Shown: positions 37,610 to 52,600 of the stretch, one piece after another | How the letters are laid out: each line of letters begins with the position of its first letter | Numbering within the stretch: position 1 is the stretch's first letter | NCBI GenBank assembly: GCA_028534125.1 | Contig: CM052817.1 | Location: 34,660,001-34,724,000 of the forward strand | Source of the DNA: Lama glama | Taxonomy: Eukaryota | Length of the DNA stretch: 64,000 nucleotides | Reading direction: 5' to 3' | The notes under the pieces: model-generated | What the model was told of the DNA's origin: nothing | Database searches by the model: none | Seen by the model: only the letters and a program-made list of their open reading frames with translations | Made by a program: the position numbers and the translations under genes

Positions 37610-40600
37610 CTGGAAAAGAAGAAGTCAGAAACAAATCAGTAACTAGGGAGGGAAGTTAATTTTCACAGAACGCAGCCTAATGAGCTCAATGAGTGGTAAT
37701 ATTTCTTCCTCATCTAGTCTTCCTCCTTCAATCCATTCTCTGATTTGGTGTTAGAATTAGTTTCCAAGATGCAAGTCTTACCATATAGCTCCCCTTAGAC
37801 TTTACAATAAAGTTGAAATTCCTTAGCTAAATAATTCATTGGCTAATGCTTCTTTCCCTAAATATTGTATTGGAACTTAAGGAGTAATGCATCTTTAATA
37901 CAGTCATTTCCTGCATATGAAATGTTATGGAACTAAACTGTGAAATAGGTGAATGTCATCTGAGGTATTTACAAACGTGAGCAGTGGATTAGAGAAGAGA
38001 TCAGAGATGCCATAATATTAAAGAAGTAAGGTGGTGACAGAAGTGAATTGCAGACTATAACACCTGACGTCAAATACCTTTAGATAAATTCCAAAACTTA
38101 ATTGCAATTCACGAGTTAATGTAAATCAATGCACAGTGATGGTATTTTTCAATGCTGATGTTGATTGATTTTTTTTAAAAATATGTAGTATGTGCATACC
38201 CTGAATAAGAAGTATCCGTGACTTCGGCTTGCCATAGGACCTCGGAATTCTTCCTGGAAGGGAAAATAAGGTCATTACAAACCAAATAACAGTAAAAATA
38301 AGTGCAAACGCTTCTCGAGAGTACAGTTAGTTTCACCTATCATAATTAAATAAAGAGGGAATCAAGGACTTGAGTATATAATTCATACCAATAAGTAATC
38401 TTTGTATTTATAACTGAAGAATTTTCAGTGATACTAGCAGTATCATCAGAATGTTGTATTTTGAGATAATTTCTTTACCAGTCTAACAGATTCTATTTCC
38501 AGGAAGTTTGCCAGTTGTTCATATATTCATCAATAAGTAGACAGAAGTCATTTAATGGATAATTAACTATATTTAAAATATCCCTTCAGAATTTTGCTAA
38601 GATGAAATAATTTCTTTAAAATACATATTGTATGTGCTAACAAATGAACAGGCTAAATTATAAAATAGAATTGTGTCAGAATTAAAATATACAATATATC
38701 TTTAGGAACTTAAATTGAAATTGAAGGACAATTTGGATGAACTATATTTATTCAATAAAACTTCAAAGTGGTTTTCCCAATATGATTATATTTAAAATAC
38801 CAAATAGGAACAAACTAATTATTCATAATGAGTACGTTTTGAAGTGTTTCTTTTCTCAAAATATTTCATTTCAAACTTAATGGAAAAAATATTTAACATT
38901 TTATGATTTCCATAAAATTGGTTCTTAAAGCTTCCTATTTTTGATAACTACCTATAAAAGTATCAGGATGGCATTCATGAAATTTGTCAATAAGACCTTT
39001 TACAAGTATTCCATAATATAAACACAATCATATCTTTTATATCTAAGCAATGGCTCTGACATCTATTAAAATTCTGAAATCCTTGCTTTACAATAAATGT
39101 GTCTTAAATTCTCAACATTTTATCATTAATTCTCATGCTGATGATAAATCCCCTAAATTAAAGATTGAAATTTTTAATATTTAAAAATGTACACATAGAA
39201 ACTACGTATTTATATGGTTATATAAGAACAGTTATGATACTTTATACGAAACAGAAAAAAAAGAAGTAGGATAAAATGTAACTCAAACTGTGCCAAAATT
39301 TAAAACTTTGAAACTCAAACATACAGATCTTTTTAGTCTTATCACTGGAGATAAGTATATCTAAGTAAGATAAGATAAGTAAAAGACAGTATATGAAAGA
39401 ATTTGGGCGGTAGAGCTAAAAAGTTATGGGGATGGAAGTGAGAATGTCTAGTAAACAAAACTTAAGAAAAGTGTTTGAATGCACTGAGATCTGAAAACTC
39501 ATTTTCTTTAAGAGTGCAAAATACTTCACTATCAAAAATGTGTATTAAAATTAGGTGACTTAACCCCAGAAAAGCTAATACTCTATAATAATTTTTTTAA
39601 TTCATATTTTACATTCATTTCTTTCAAAGATTGCTAGGAAACTTGGCTTGCTGCTGAATACTTTTAGGAGTTGTCATTTGTCCATCAAGATATTATTACC
39701 AAGTCAGAATTCATATTTTCAGCTAGTTACCTGGAAATATAGATAGTCTCACTCAAGATGGAACATTCAAAGTACCAAACTGGCCACTGGCCACAACACC
39801 TGAGTAAATAAATAATGACACTGAAGTTTTATAGTAAACTAATCATTTGTTGGTATATTTTAAGAAACTGCATCTTTAAATTAAAATCTTACATTATTCA
39901 TAAGTCAAGCAACCGCTTCAGAAAGTAAATGTTAATCCAGAAAAGCACGTACAACTTCTAGAAAGTTCAAGGACAACTTATTTGGTTTTTCTAAATACTG
40001 GAAATTCTAAAATTTTAAGGGGCTACTACAATTCCTCTTACACTTCTCATTCAAGCTGGCAGCAGTATTGCCTTCCTTGATGGAAGCTTAGTTTAAGAAT
40101 GTGAAGAATTTAGGGAGGAAAATGTGAACATAAAAATAAGTTTTGAGGAATTTATTTGCCTAAACTGTATGTGTTTTTTCAAGTATTTGAAAACTTTTGC
40201 TAGTAGAATTAAATTAATATGGTATATAAATTAAGAAAAAATTAACAATGAAATAATAGAAGTAGTCAAGATTAGACTATAAAGGGGACAGCATAGTGGA
40301 AAAAAAAATTGCCTAGACTGGAAGTGAAGAGACTGTTGTAATCTCTAACCTCATTTTACTGCTATGATCTTGAGAAACTCCTTTAACTATTCTGAGTTGT
40401 TTTCCTTTTTGTAAACCAGGGATAACTATACTTGCATAAGCACCAACAGAGTTGTCAAGAATAAAATGACATAATACAAGACTGAAAACTACAAGGCGCT
40501 GTAACAATGTAAGGCAGTACATAAAAATAATGCCTAGAAACTTTCATCATCGAAAGAGTTAGGACTATTTTTAAAAGACAATAAAAATGCCATAATTTCT

Positions 40601-43600
40601 AATTTAAAAATGTGTCATCTCAGTAACATTCATTTTAAACATAGACGCTGGATTTGGGCTGTATTTTTGTTAATTGTGGAAAAAACAAAATACCTACATT
40701 TAATTTCTGAACTATTTACTTTGTGAGCCTTACTCTTACCATCACTTTAATACTTTGATAGAAAGCCATCCCAGCCATTTGCAGTTCTGTACACAGAGGG
40801 GCAGTAAATTGGTCCTTAATCTTTTGTCCTCTTCCTACCTAACGACTAGGCACACTGCCATGTCCTGACTTAAACCAAGAATCAATAGGCTTCCTCACTG
40901 GGAGGGTCATGACTCTTGGAAGGAAGTCTAATTCCAGCTTTCTCCACGGCCCACAGCTGGAGTTAGAAGGGACATACTATGGGGAGGGGGACAGTTCTCA
41001 TTTTCCTGAGTGTGAAAACACATCTGCAAGCAGATGCTGTTCTGTGGGCTACTTGGGTGCTACGTGAGGCTTATCCAGAAGATCTTATAAACCAACACAA
41101 TTGGGAATTAGCAGAAAGGGCTGTCCCACACAGACTGGCAGAGCGAGCATGCAGTTTGTGTTACATACGTCCACTTTGAATCTCTTCATTCTTCTCTCAT
41201 GCAGTTGAGGAACGAGCTGCAGCAGCGGATGCAGGACAGACGACTGAGAGACACGAACACACACATGATGAGCACAAAGGCTTCTCAGCATTGGGCAAAA
41301 AGATGGCTTCCTACTTGTTTGTTTTTGTTTTTACCCACTATCCTTGCTCCAGACAACAAACAACAAGAAAGATGTGATCTAAGAGTCCTTTGCGAGCATT
41401 TCAATCAGCCGTGGTGAATAAGCCAAGAGATGGAATAAAAGTTGGCAGTTCTGTGCCGGGATCTTGGTCATTCTGTTGACAAAGCTCTTTCCTGAGGGCC
41501 TGAGCTCCATCATCATCTGCCAACAAGGAAAACCCCGCCTGGATGAAGCAGTCTGTCCGCTTCCAGATTTACTTAGAATGACTTGGGACAGATGAAACCA
41601 ACTCTAGGAGAACCAGTTTTCCATCATTAACATGTTTATCTGGAAAATTACACTGTACACACATCCAGTAATCTCCTTTATAAAATATATGTTTCATTTA
41701 AAACTGAACATATGGAACAAGACAACAGGGAACACAAAAAATGAGAATGCATCATCGATAGTGAAAAATGTGACTAAGATACATTTTCTCAAGAAGTATA
41801 GATGCCAAGCAGAAGAAAACAAAAGCACATTTGAGACATGTGTCTACTTGATACAGTTTCATTTTAAAGGCAAGGCTTGAACTGAACCTACTCACAAATA
41901 TTAAGTTCATTCATCAACTGGATTACTGTAAGCCCCATATAATGGTTCTTTGTTAATCAATTCAACTTGTATTTGGTTTAAAGTCAGCATAACCTAACTT
42001 GCAACTCCTCACATGTAAGAATATTCAATGGGACAAACATTTAAAGCTGAGTTTAAGGTTACAGTTACTTTCCTACGGGGAAACACACATTTAAAATAAC
42101 TACATTTCTCATGCTATAAATTGGTCCATGGCAGTGAGTCACAAGTTTAGAAGGAATATTATAATCAAATAATTATTAAATATTCTAGGTTGAAACAGCA
42201 AAGTAGGTTGCTAAGTATTTTTTAAATCTATGAATATAAAAAGAAAAACTACCACTAAAACCACACAATTTAGAAGTGAACTGAATTCAGGTTATTGCTA
42301 TCTGGCTAATTTTAGAGAATAAATTCTCAAATTAAATGCCTAGTTACAAAGAAGGAGCTCCTAGGAATACAAGTGGATACTTCTTGTTATATTTACTTAC
42401 ATTTTTGACAATCATCTTTTAAAATAATTCTTATAATGACTTTGGATAAATATTTTTCCCTTGCACTAATCACTATCCAAAACATTTGTCTTACTTAATC
42501 ATCTGCTTTTTTGCCTCTAAAATGTAAATTCCATGACATTTACTGCTATATTTCTAGCACTTAGAATTGTGCTTGGCACACAGTAGATACTCAGTAAATA
42601 ATTGTTGAATGAATAAATGAATTTAATGTATTTGTAGTTATTGAGATATAAAGTAAATGTATAATACATATTGCATTCCATTTGTTCATCCATCCACTTT
42701 TTAAGAAAAAACATGAATTTTGATCTACCTTTAAGAGAGAAAGTACAGAAACAGGATTTAAAAAAAATACTAGTGATTACTGATAAGAAGTAATTTTACA
42801 ACTTACCACAACATTTGAATTGCCCAATTTTCGTGTCTTTGAATAATGAAATAAGAACTGTTAAAAAAAAAAAAGTAGTGAGTTTTACTATAGATGATTA
42901 GTGGTTTCCTTTATTATTTTTTAATGTATATATTTATGAAAATCACTTTACCCTTTTGGTATTATCTTTTTCATCTGTTTCCTGTTAAAAATGGAGATAT
43001 ATAAATATCATTATATTATATTATAAAATCATAAAGAGATATTGTGTATATATATTACAAATATATAGTATAAAATTTTAAGATTTATTATATAATTTCT
43101 AAAACATGTGACACATATGTAATGTATAATATATAGAACTGAAATTGGTTAAGCATATATTGCTCTAAAAATAAATGGGCAATTAATTAAAAACTGTTTA
43201 TAAATAAAAGTATGAATGAAGATCTTTACTACAGCATTATTCATAAGAGTAAAAAAATTGGAAACAGCCTAAATGTTCAGTAGTGGTAGAATGGGAAATT
43301 CTAATATAATCGCATGATAAAATATTCAGAGAAAAAAGACTAGAAGGAATTATATCAAAATATTTGTAGTTGTTATCACTAAATAATAAGATTATGGGTT
43401 GTTTTTGCTTTCTTTAACAAACTTTTCTACATTCCTCTCTCCCTCCAAAAATCTGACTTAAAGAATGAGACATATCATTCATTTCTTTGCTGTTCTTTTT
43501 TGTTCTCATTTGCTTTTAATATAAAATGAAACTCATGGATAAACACCATTGTCATTTGTTTTATCTTAATTAGGAAAAAAGTCAATTAAGTGTTTTGGGA

Positions 43601-46600
43601 AGTGTCATCATTTAAAACATCAGAAAAAAATACAGTTGTAAACACATTTTGTTTCAGAAAACATGCTTTCAAAATATTCTGTTTTCTTAGAATTACTGTA
43701 CATGAAAGTATGGAAGTCAGAATGTACCAGTGATCATAGATTACATTGCTAATTAAAAATATACTTCTAAACCTGTGGTTCTTATTTTTAATAAGGGAGT
43801 TTTAAAACAAGCTCACCTATAAGATACAGAATATAAACTGAGGTACATTATGCCATTTTTCAAGTTCCCATACTATAGCCTCACTTCAAGACAAAAAGTT
43901 CTTCCAGAAAAATCAAATAATAATTTTAATAAAAAACCAAGACATCACAGGAAAAATATAATTTTCCTGACATTGATGATATTGTCTGCTTTTTTTGCAT
44001 TTTCAATGTCCTCTCTGACAAAGTACATTGTCCCAACCTCCCAGCTTAGAAAAATGTGTCTGTGCTCCAGCTGTAGTATGAATCAGGGAAAGAAAAAGAG
44101 CCAAAATGACCCCAAATTTCCCTCATCAGAACTAGAACACATCTTATACTTCAGGGCAACATGTGATTTTCCAATTAGATGATTGCAAACTCCATTAATA
44201 TGATTCTAAATTCTCAGGCGTCAGAGAAAATGAAGTATTTGTTTCTTATCCAAAATCAGTTTGTGCTCTTCTAGCTCCTCTTGGCATGCTTTTCTAAATA
44301 TTTTCTTCCAGGAGGCATTCCAAGATATCACTGAACAATTTTTTTTTTTGCCTACAATTAAACACTCTTTGAACCTTACCTGAGGCTTTGGTAGAATCCG
44401 TATAATTGTGAAGCAGAGCTCCTCCAATGCATTGGATGCCTAATGGAAATTAGAAGGTAAATAGGCAATGCTTCTGCTTTAACAACATTTGCATAGAAGA
44501 TGTAATCATGAAATGTTAGGATCCCAAGGATATTCCAACCACCCAAAATAGAATCCTTGTGGCCTATTGAAACTGTTGGAATCCCTTGATTTCCTTCACA
44601 ATAAAAACTTGGCTCCTAAAAGTAAAACCTTCTTTCCAATCAGGAAAAAAAAAGTTATGTATTGTATATATGCACTGATTATGGCTTCCACTGGGCAGGG
44701 AGGGGGATCAGGGAGGCGCTGGGGGGTGGGTATAGCTCAGTGGTAGAGTGCGTGTTTAGCATGCACGAAGTCTTGGAATCAATCCCCGGTACCTCTATTA
44801 AAATAAAATTGAAAAAATAACATCTAATTATCCCCCTCCTCAAAAAAAAGAGTAAAAATTTAAAAAATAACTAAATGAGCACTTTAAAAAAAGGCTTTCA
44901 CTGTGGGGTCCAGTTACAACATTCTTAGTATTTCCTAAAATTCTATGAAACTCTATGACTGAGAGTAACTAGGGCAACCCCAAAAGAGGGATTACTCTTC
45001 CCAGCTTGTAGCAAAGTCTGAATCTACATGCCAAGGCTGTGAGCCTCACCAAATGTTACTCTTACTGGCTAATTTGAAAATCCTGCAATTGCTTGCTAAC
45101 AATGGGAGTTTGGAGGGGAAGAAGCTGTGCACAGTGCGCCTAATCTGAGTTCCCACCCTTCCAGGCTGCTCACTGTACACCACAGGATCAGGTTTTTCAA
45201 AGCATCCAAGCACAGAAGCAGGGCAGGGCTCCCGTGATTAGAAGCCAACTAGGTGTGGTGAGGAGAAGCACAAATGGACAAGCAGGGGCGAGACCTGCTT
45301 TGCACAGAATTCACTGGCAAAAATTTGCACTGGGACCGTAAACAATTGATTATTTAGCAAATGCATATTGGAAGCAATGAGGAGCTGAAACAGTATGGGG
45401 GAGGGGCTGGGGGGGAGACATGGATGGTATCTAGGGAGTTGAGCAGCCTGCAACTGTAAAGCAGTACAAATTCCATGTCTACTCTTTATTAGCTGTGTTA
45501 CCTTCCTCGGGCTGGTTAACTAACCTCTCCAACCTTCAGTTTCTTCAGCCATAAATTGGGCATGACAACATCAATGCAGAATTCTTGAAAGGATTAGATG
45601 TAGGTAAAGCTCTTAGCACAGTGCCACTTACTGAGCAATTAGTTAACAACAGTAGCATTAAAAAATGCCTGACCAGTAAAGCTTGATTTACAGCTGCAGT
45701 TCCTCTTAACCCAGAAGACATGTCATAAAGGATTGTTCAGGGCTACCAATATCCTCACCCTTTGAACAACAGCACATGTTTAAGAGGTTTGGCTGTAGTT
45801 TATGGATACAGTTGGAGTCATGAAGCAGCTTCTCTGAGCATCCTTCCCAGCACGTCAGAGGCCTGCTTTTTTCTCTCCTATTTGTTTGCCTGCCACGCAA
45901 ATTGTTGGACTATTTAATAATAACATTAAATGGGGTTCTTCATATTTATGTAGTCTTTCAATAAATTATAAAACACTTTCTTATACATAATTCGCATTTT
46001 GTTTTGAAAACACAGGTATACAGGATGGGAATTGTTATTCTCATACACAAAGGAGTGAGGTTCTGTCACTTGCCCACTATCACACACAGCTGGGCTGTCT
46101 GACCTATAGGCATCCCTGTGTTGTACTGGTATAGACTGTAAGCCCACGGTTGGGAGTTAGATGAGAAAAAAACAGTAGAGTGTGAACACTGATACATCCT
46201 TTCTCTCTTTTTCCCTTCAGGGTTGGGTATGCAGGTTACCCCACAAAATCTGGAAATAAATTCCCAAAACTTCCTTTTATGGCCCATCTAGAAATGTTGC
46301 AACATACAAAACAATCAAAAGAAAATATTGACTGAATGTCATGTGTCTCTTTGAAGAAGAATACATTCAGATACATGAATGTCTCCTTAGAAAACAGCCT
46401 CTAAGTTAGATGAGGCTTGCCAACAAAACTGAAGTCTGACAGAATAAATTTCAAAACAAATTGCATTTTCCCAGAAACTCTTTACTTGAAGCCATTATTC
46501 ACTGAGCTACAACTATTCTTTGAAGATTTTTCTCATGTAAGATTTTTAATATTTTGTTTTTTATCTGTGGACCTTTTAAAGATCCTTTCTTTTCTATTTG

Positions 46601-49600
46601 GTAAAAGTGTTTTGAAGAACTGTTCAGATAATCACATACATAATAAAATAATAGTTAATGTGAAAATTAATGATTTTTTAAAATGTATCAGTTACTGTAA
46701 AAAATTTCAGAGTGAATTACTAAGTTCTCCTCAAAAGGTGCACAGCCTCCAAATCCAATAAAACCTTAGTTTATCTTGATGGTGTTTAGATGAGTGCTTT
46801 AAAATTCATCCTTTTAGTACTGCAGACATAAAACTGATTCTATCTAAAGGCATTCCAGAATTTTAAGTACAATGCAAAAGCTTGTATGCTGATTAATATC
46901 CATCACATGGTATGGATCCATTGACACTCCTCGAGCAATTTGAAATATTATTCCTAAATGTCATCTGTTGTGATCCTGGTCATGCTTTTCCATCTAATGC
47001 CTCTAGCTTGCTGCACGTGATCCTCTGCAGGCTAAGGAACTGGTTGAGGAGGGAAAAACACAGCACTGTTCAAGGCTGCTTCTCCACCCCAGCCAGGATG
47101 ACTTTCTGGAGGGACTACGTAAAGCACAGGCACTGCACCCTGGCCAGACCACGCAGGGGTTACACCCAGGCACACAGCTGACTGTGCTGGAAGAGGCTGA
47201 GCCAGGAGCCTCTGCTGAGCCCTCTTCTCTGTCCAGGAGGCTAGTGATACTGATTAAGAAAGTGAAGACACTTAAGGCTAACTCTGCTATACCTGCACTC
47301 AGAGAGAGAACTGCAGACAGAAGCAGCTGCATCCAGTAGAGACGGTGTAAGGGGGACACTTAGTTCCCAGGCCCTGTGTTCCCATGTACAGGCATCCCTC
47401 CCTCCCCAACCCTCTCTTCACCCTTTCCTGTGGGGAGAGGAGTGAGTTACCTGACAGATGCCTGGGAGGAGGAAGCAGGGCATGCTCTGTTGTTCGGCCC
47501 TGTCCTCTTAGGGAGCCAGCTCTCTGGCCGGTTGTCCTTGCCTGGTCTCTGCCCTGTGGCAGACAACCTGATTCTGGCAGGAGGCTTGAGTCACAGTCCA
47601 ATCTCAGTTTAATTTTAGGGGTAGATTTAACAAACACACTTGGCATCAGATCTAAGACCACACTCATAAACTGACGTTAGTTATAATACTTTGCTCTCCA
47701 TAAGTCTAACTCTGTAAGTTCATCTCTCCATAGGTTTCAAACTCAGTTGAGGGATAGGATATTAGCTCCCCAAATACAGCAGAAGATACGTTATTTTTAA
47801 TCCAACACAGAATTTGATTTTGAAATTAGTACTTTAATTTTCAAAATATGTGTATATTACCTGCAAACCTATTTTACTTAAAGATAAAAGCCTAGCACTT
47901 TACAACAGAAACTCACAGCACTGATAATTACCTGCAGATGATATAATAATTTCTAATATGCTGACATGTTTTAATAGGCCTATAAAATAATGACAGGTCC
48001 AAAGGGAGAAACATAGTATTTCAGCACTACAGAAATGCTTACGTCACTACGGAACACCGCCATTTGGAATTACCTGAGGCTGAGAACCCATGGACAGGAA
48101 AGACGAACAAGCATCACCTATCTGTAGAAAACAACAATGCCAGTTACATCTTGGAAACACACAGAAGACAGCAAAAAATGGAAAGCAGATCTTACAAAGT
48201 CAAGTTACATATGTAACATTAACTGAAATTCCATGACAGTTCAGGACTCTGGATTTGGGAGAGAAGAGTCTTAACTTTTGAAGGAAGTCCTAGAATTGGG
48301 ATTTCCCCAACATTTGCCCACAGCCACAGGGGTACCTGCCTCCACTAGTAGTCAGTAGGGATCATCAGAGAGCAAGTATAAGGATGCTTCAAACATTGAG
48401 AGGGAAAAGCTTCTGATACAATTCAGCCTGAGAAATGTGAGTAGTGACCAAAGAATGGCCTCAAAATTAAGCAGCACCCTGCAATCGTGGTCCTTTACAA
48501 CACAGAGATGTAATCACACCATTGAAATTAACATGATACTAGCATACATGGGAAATGACAACTAGCACACCATAAGAACTCTTACATAACAATGGGGCAT
48601 CTTCCAGTTCTCAACCAAGGAGCCAGCTTTAGAAAACAGTTCTATTTTGCAATGAAGGTTTATTGAATTACGGTTGGCAACCAGCTGTTATCAGCCTTTA
48701 TCCTGAAAAGAAAACTTGAAAGCCAGTAGTATGAGAGATTTATATTCATCATTAAAAACTGTGCTGAGACATTAAGCACTAAGCTGGATGTCTGGAGTTA
48801 TTTATGGTATTTATTTCTTTGGTGGCCTTTTAAAATGGTACTGAGTCTTATCTGTCTGGGATGATTTAGGCTGAGTCCTGTTTATGGCATAACATCTCAG
48901 GGGCCCCCTTCTAGTTCCACAATTCTTTGTTGATCAGTTTCATTTAATTTCCATTCTCACACCAAACTGAAGGGGGGTAATTGTACTCTTCAGTCATAAT
49001 TCTCAAGCTCCTTACTGTTTCCAAGTCGAACACGAACTAAAATAAATGATTCTCTAATTTAGTAGAAGAGCATAAGTTTTTGTCTCCTTTTTACACTCAC
49101 AGAACTTGTCGTCTTCTCTATATATCACAGATATTTAGGGAATTGTTTTATTCTGCTTGTCCCTTGTTTCCACCCTCCTGCTCCCTCTTCCATGCCACAC
49201 AAACCCAGAATCATGGATTCAGACACACACACACACACACACACACTCATGCAGTGAACTTCTTGAGGGTGGGGGCTATCTAACTTGCCCAAATAAGTGT
49301 TCAATAAATATTCTTTAATTAAATTGCATTGAGTTTGGGGGGGTAAAAAATTTAAAAAGAAGTCATTTGAGAGGGGAAAGTCAAAAACACCATAACAGGT
49401 AATGAAACTCCCCAATAGCTACAGCCCTAGGAAATACTTTTTAATTAAAAAAGTTTTCAGTCTTTTATGTTACACAAAAAAATTAGTGAATCTGTTTGAC
49501 TATATACTGCCTTACAAGTCTGAGAATATGACATTTTTACATTCATTTCTACTTCCATTTTACCATCAGGAATTTAGTCTTTTACCTACTGAAAAAAAAA

Positions 49601-52600
49601 AGGGTTCTCCCTCATAGCTCCCCCACTTCTAAGCTTTGTATTGTGACCAGTGCTTAATATATCACTGCCAAATGCAGTTTATTTTGCTTTAGTAGGTCGG
49701 AGGGAGTGCTCCCTCCCGAAATTTTGTGATGTTTAGGTAAGACATTACATGCTCCAGGGGAGAGCTGTCCACCCCCAGCCCAGGCTGCCCATCTGTGTGA
49801 AGTGGCTGTGTCCAAAAACAGCAAACCCTTGAACCTCTAGGCTCACTAATCAGCACATCACTATTGCTTGAATAAAAACATCAGAATAAAAAAACACCAA
49901 TTAGAAAAATTAGGAGGTAACTGCAAAACTTTTCGGCTTTTGTTCTCCTTTCTTTAAAAGGCACGGCAGCACCACTCACCCACTTTTCCTTTGGATGAGG
50001 CCTTGTTCCTTTTACTCAGCTTATGGCCCTAATGGCTTTAAGTGCCGCTAACTGCTTTTGAGAACTCTGCAGAGTCCATTGATGAATCTATTCCAAAGTG
50101 GTTAGGTCTCTGCACACGGACTGAAAAGTATGTATTTCTAGTGTTTGAATACATTCGTAATTTTAAAAACCTCTAGCAGAAAGCTTAACTCTATGTTCTT
50201 AGCATCTTAACTTCTTTTAATATCTTTTTCTAGAAAAGAATTTCCAGTGCTTTTACAACTTTGAGTTTTCTTTCCCCAGAATTATCATCTAAAAGTTTTT
50301 TCAAAGACTTTCCAAAGAAATAGAGCTAAAGTAAATGTCAAAATCTATTTTAACGTTAAAATTATTAAAATTAATAATTTTAATAAATACACTCAGTTAT
50401 CAATACTTTATTATTTCAATAATTATTTATTTATAAATAATTTTATAATTCATAAATATAAATAACAACTATAATTTATAAGTATAAATAATAAATATAA
50501 TTTATTATTATAAATATTGTAATAATAAATATAAATTATTTATAAATATAATTATTAATAATTTAATAATTTAAATAAGATTGAAATTATTAAAACTAAT
50601 AATTAAAATTAATGTCAAGCTAAAATAAAATGTTTCTGTATTCTATTACATTTCTATATTCTACATTAATATCTGTTCTCTAAATTATTGTTTGTCCTGC
50701 TTATATATTTCTAGGATGTACTGTGATATACCAAGGCAGAGACCCTTAACGTTGACTTTACGAAATTCAATGCTATTAAAGACTCAGTACTTGGCCCTTA
50801 TCATGGATCTTATCTATTCCCTTATGGTCTTGTTAGGGATGGCTTAGGTACAAAGGGTATTCTCCTCAGTTCAGAGCTTGCTTTCATGATTGGACTTGTT
50901 TTATTTACTCATTCTTTTCTATTTTCATTTCCTGCTCCTATTCCATCCTCCCACAGGCAACTCTTCTAATGTATTTGATGTGTATCCTCCATTTATGTTC
51001 TTGCAAAATCTGTACTGTGTGCATGGATGGTATTTTTCTTACTTTTTTCAACTTAACACTATACTTTGAGATCTATCCATGCTTCTGGACACATCTAGTA
51101 TGTTGTCCCTAACTGCCATGGAGTACTTTATAATGTGTACCCACCACATGTTGCCTACCCACTTCCCAGTGATAGGCAGCCAGGTTCCCTCCAATTCTTT
51201 CCATTACCTCCTTGTATCTGTCCTCCACATATGGATTTGTAGGTGAATATATTTGTGCTATGTTCCCAGGAGAGGGAGTGCTAGACCATAGGGGTATCTG
51301 GGTGGCATTCCAGATGGCTTCACCAGTTGACTCTCTCATCAGCAACGATGAGGATTCATACACCCCCTATCCTTGCTGACATTTGCCATTATCCAGATTT
51401 CAATTTTTTTACCAGTCCAACAGGTAGAAAATGACACTTTGTTGTTGTCTTAATTTTCATTTCATTGTTACCAAAGAATTTGAGTGTCTCTTTAGATACT
51501 TGCTGGCCTTTTAGGTTTCCTGTTTTATAAATTGTCTGTTCTATTCTTTGAATATTTTTACTTTGGATTTTTGTCTTTATCCAATCAGTTTAATAGAATG
51601 TCTTAGATATCCTAGAAACTAATCTCTTATCAGTTTTAGACATTGTCAATATCTTTTCAAAGGCTCTTATCTTTTTCAGTGGAGTCCTTTGTTGAAAGAA
51701 ATATTTACTTTTACTGTAATTCAATTCATCAGGTTTTTGTTTTTATAATTTATAACAAATTTTATTTTATTTCCCTGCTCCTAGCTCTCAACAATATTTT
51801 TCTAACAGAAAAGATATTTTCTATTAAATCTATATTTTTACCCTGTATGTTTAGATCTTTAATCCACCTAGAGCCTACTTTTGTATGGGGTGTTAGTTTT
51901 ATTCTTCCCCACATAGTAAGCCAGCTTCTCAACCTACATTTGCCCAATAATCTGTCCTTTTCCCTCTGAATTTTTGTGTTATTTCTATTGTGAGTTAAGT
52001 TTATGTGTACATGCATTTCTGTCTTAGGTGGGGTTAACCCAGAAACAGACCTTGAGATAAGGATGTGGATATGAGTAGATTATTTCCAAGATGACCCAAA
52101 AAACACTGGTAGAAGAATGGAGAAGTGAAGCAGGGAAGACAAGGAATCCAATAAAGGGTACATTATCAAGCAGGTTACCACCACTGGTAACTGAGATCAA
52201 TCCGTCCAGGGAACACTGGGAGTCAATGCAGAATACAACTCAGAGTTATCCCAACTGAGGCAGGAGGCAGCTAAGTTAGGCTGTTCTCAGTGGTGGGGGC
52301 ATTTGCTCCCTGGCACTTCTGGTTTACCCCAACCACAGGCCAAGCAGGCAGAGTCACAGTTGCAAAGAGAAACAGTGAGTTTGGAGTGCCACGGAGAGCA
52401 CGACAAAAGGATGTGACAGTGCATTGCCAGTGTCTGCCTAACTCTCCAAGCTCTCATCTTGGTTCCATTGGTTCATTTGTCTGTTCTTGTATGGCCACTA
52501 CCATACTTTTTTATTACTACTATTTTACAGTACCTCTTGATATCTGGTAGGGCAAGTTTCCTTTCTTAGCTCTTTACATTTAAAATTTCCTTAGCTATTT

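Noticed and set aside
44721..44795. tRNA-Ala-like gene
   Set aside because: Followed by SINE body and A-tail with TSD, with diverged copies elsewhere in the window; it is a SINE
46912..47674. Cluster of 78-122 aa ORFs in NMU intron 3
   Set aside because: Locally GC-richer intron sequence, overlapping on both strands, with no recognisable homology or exon structure
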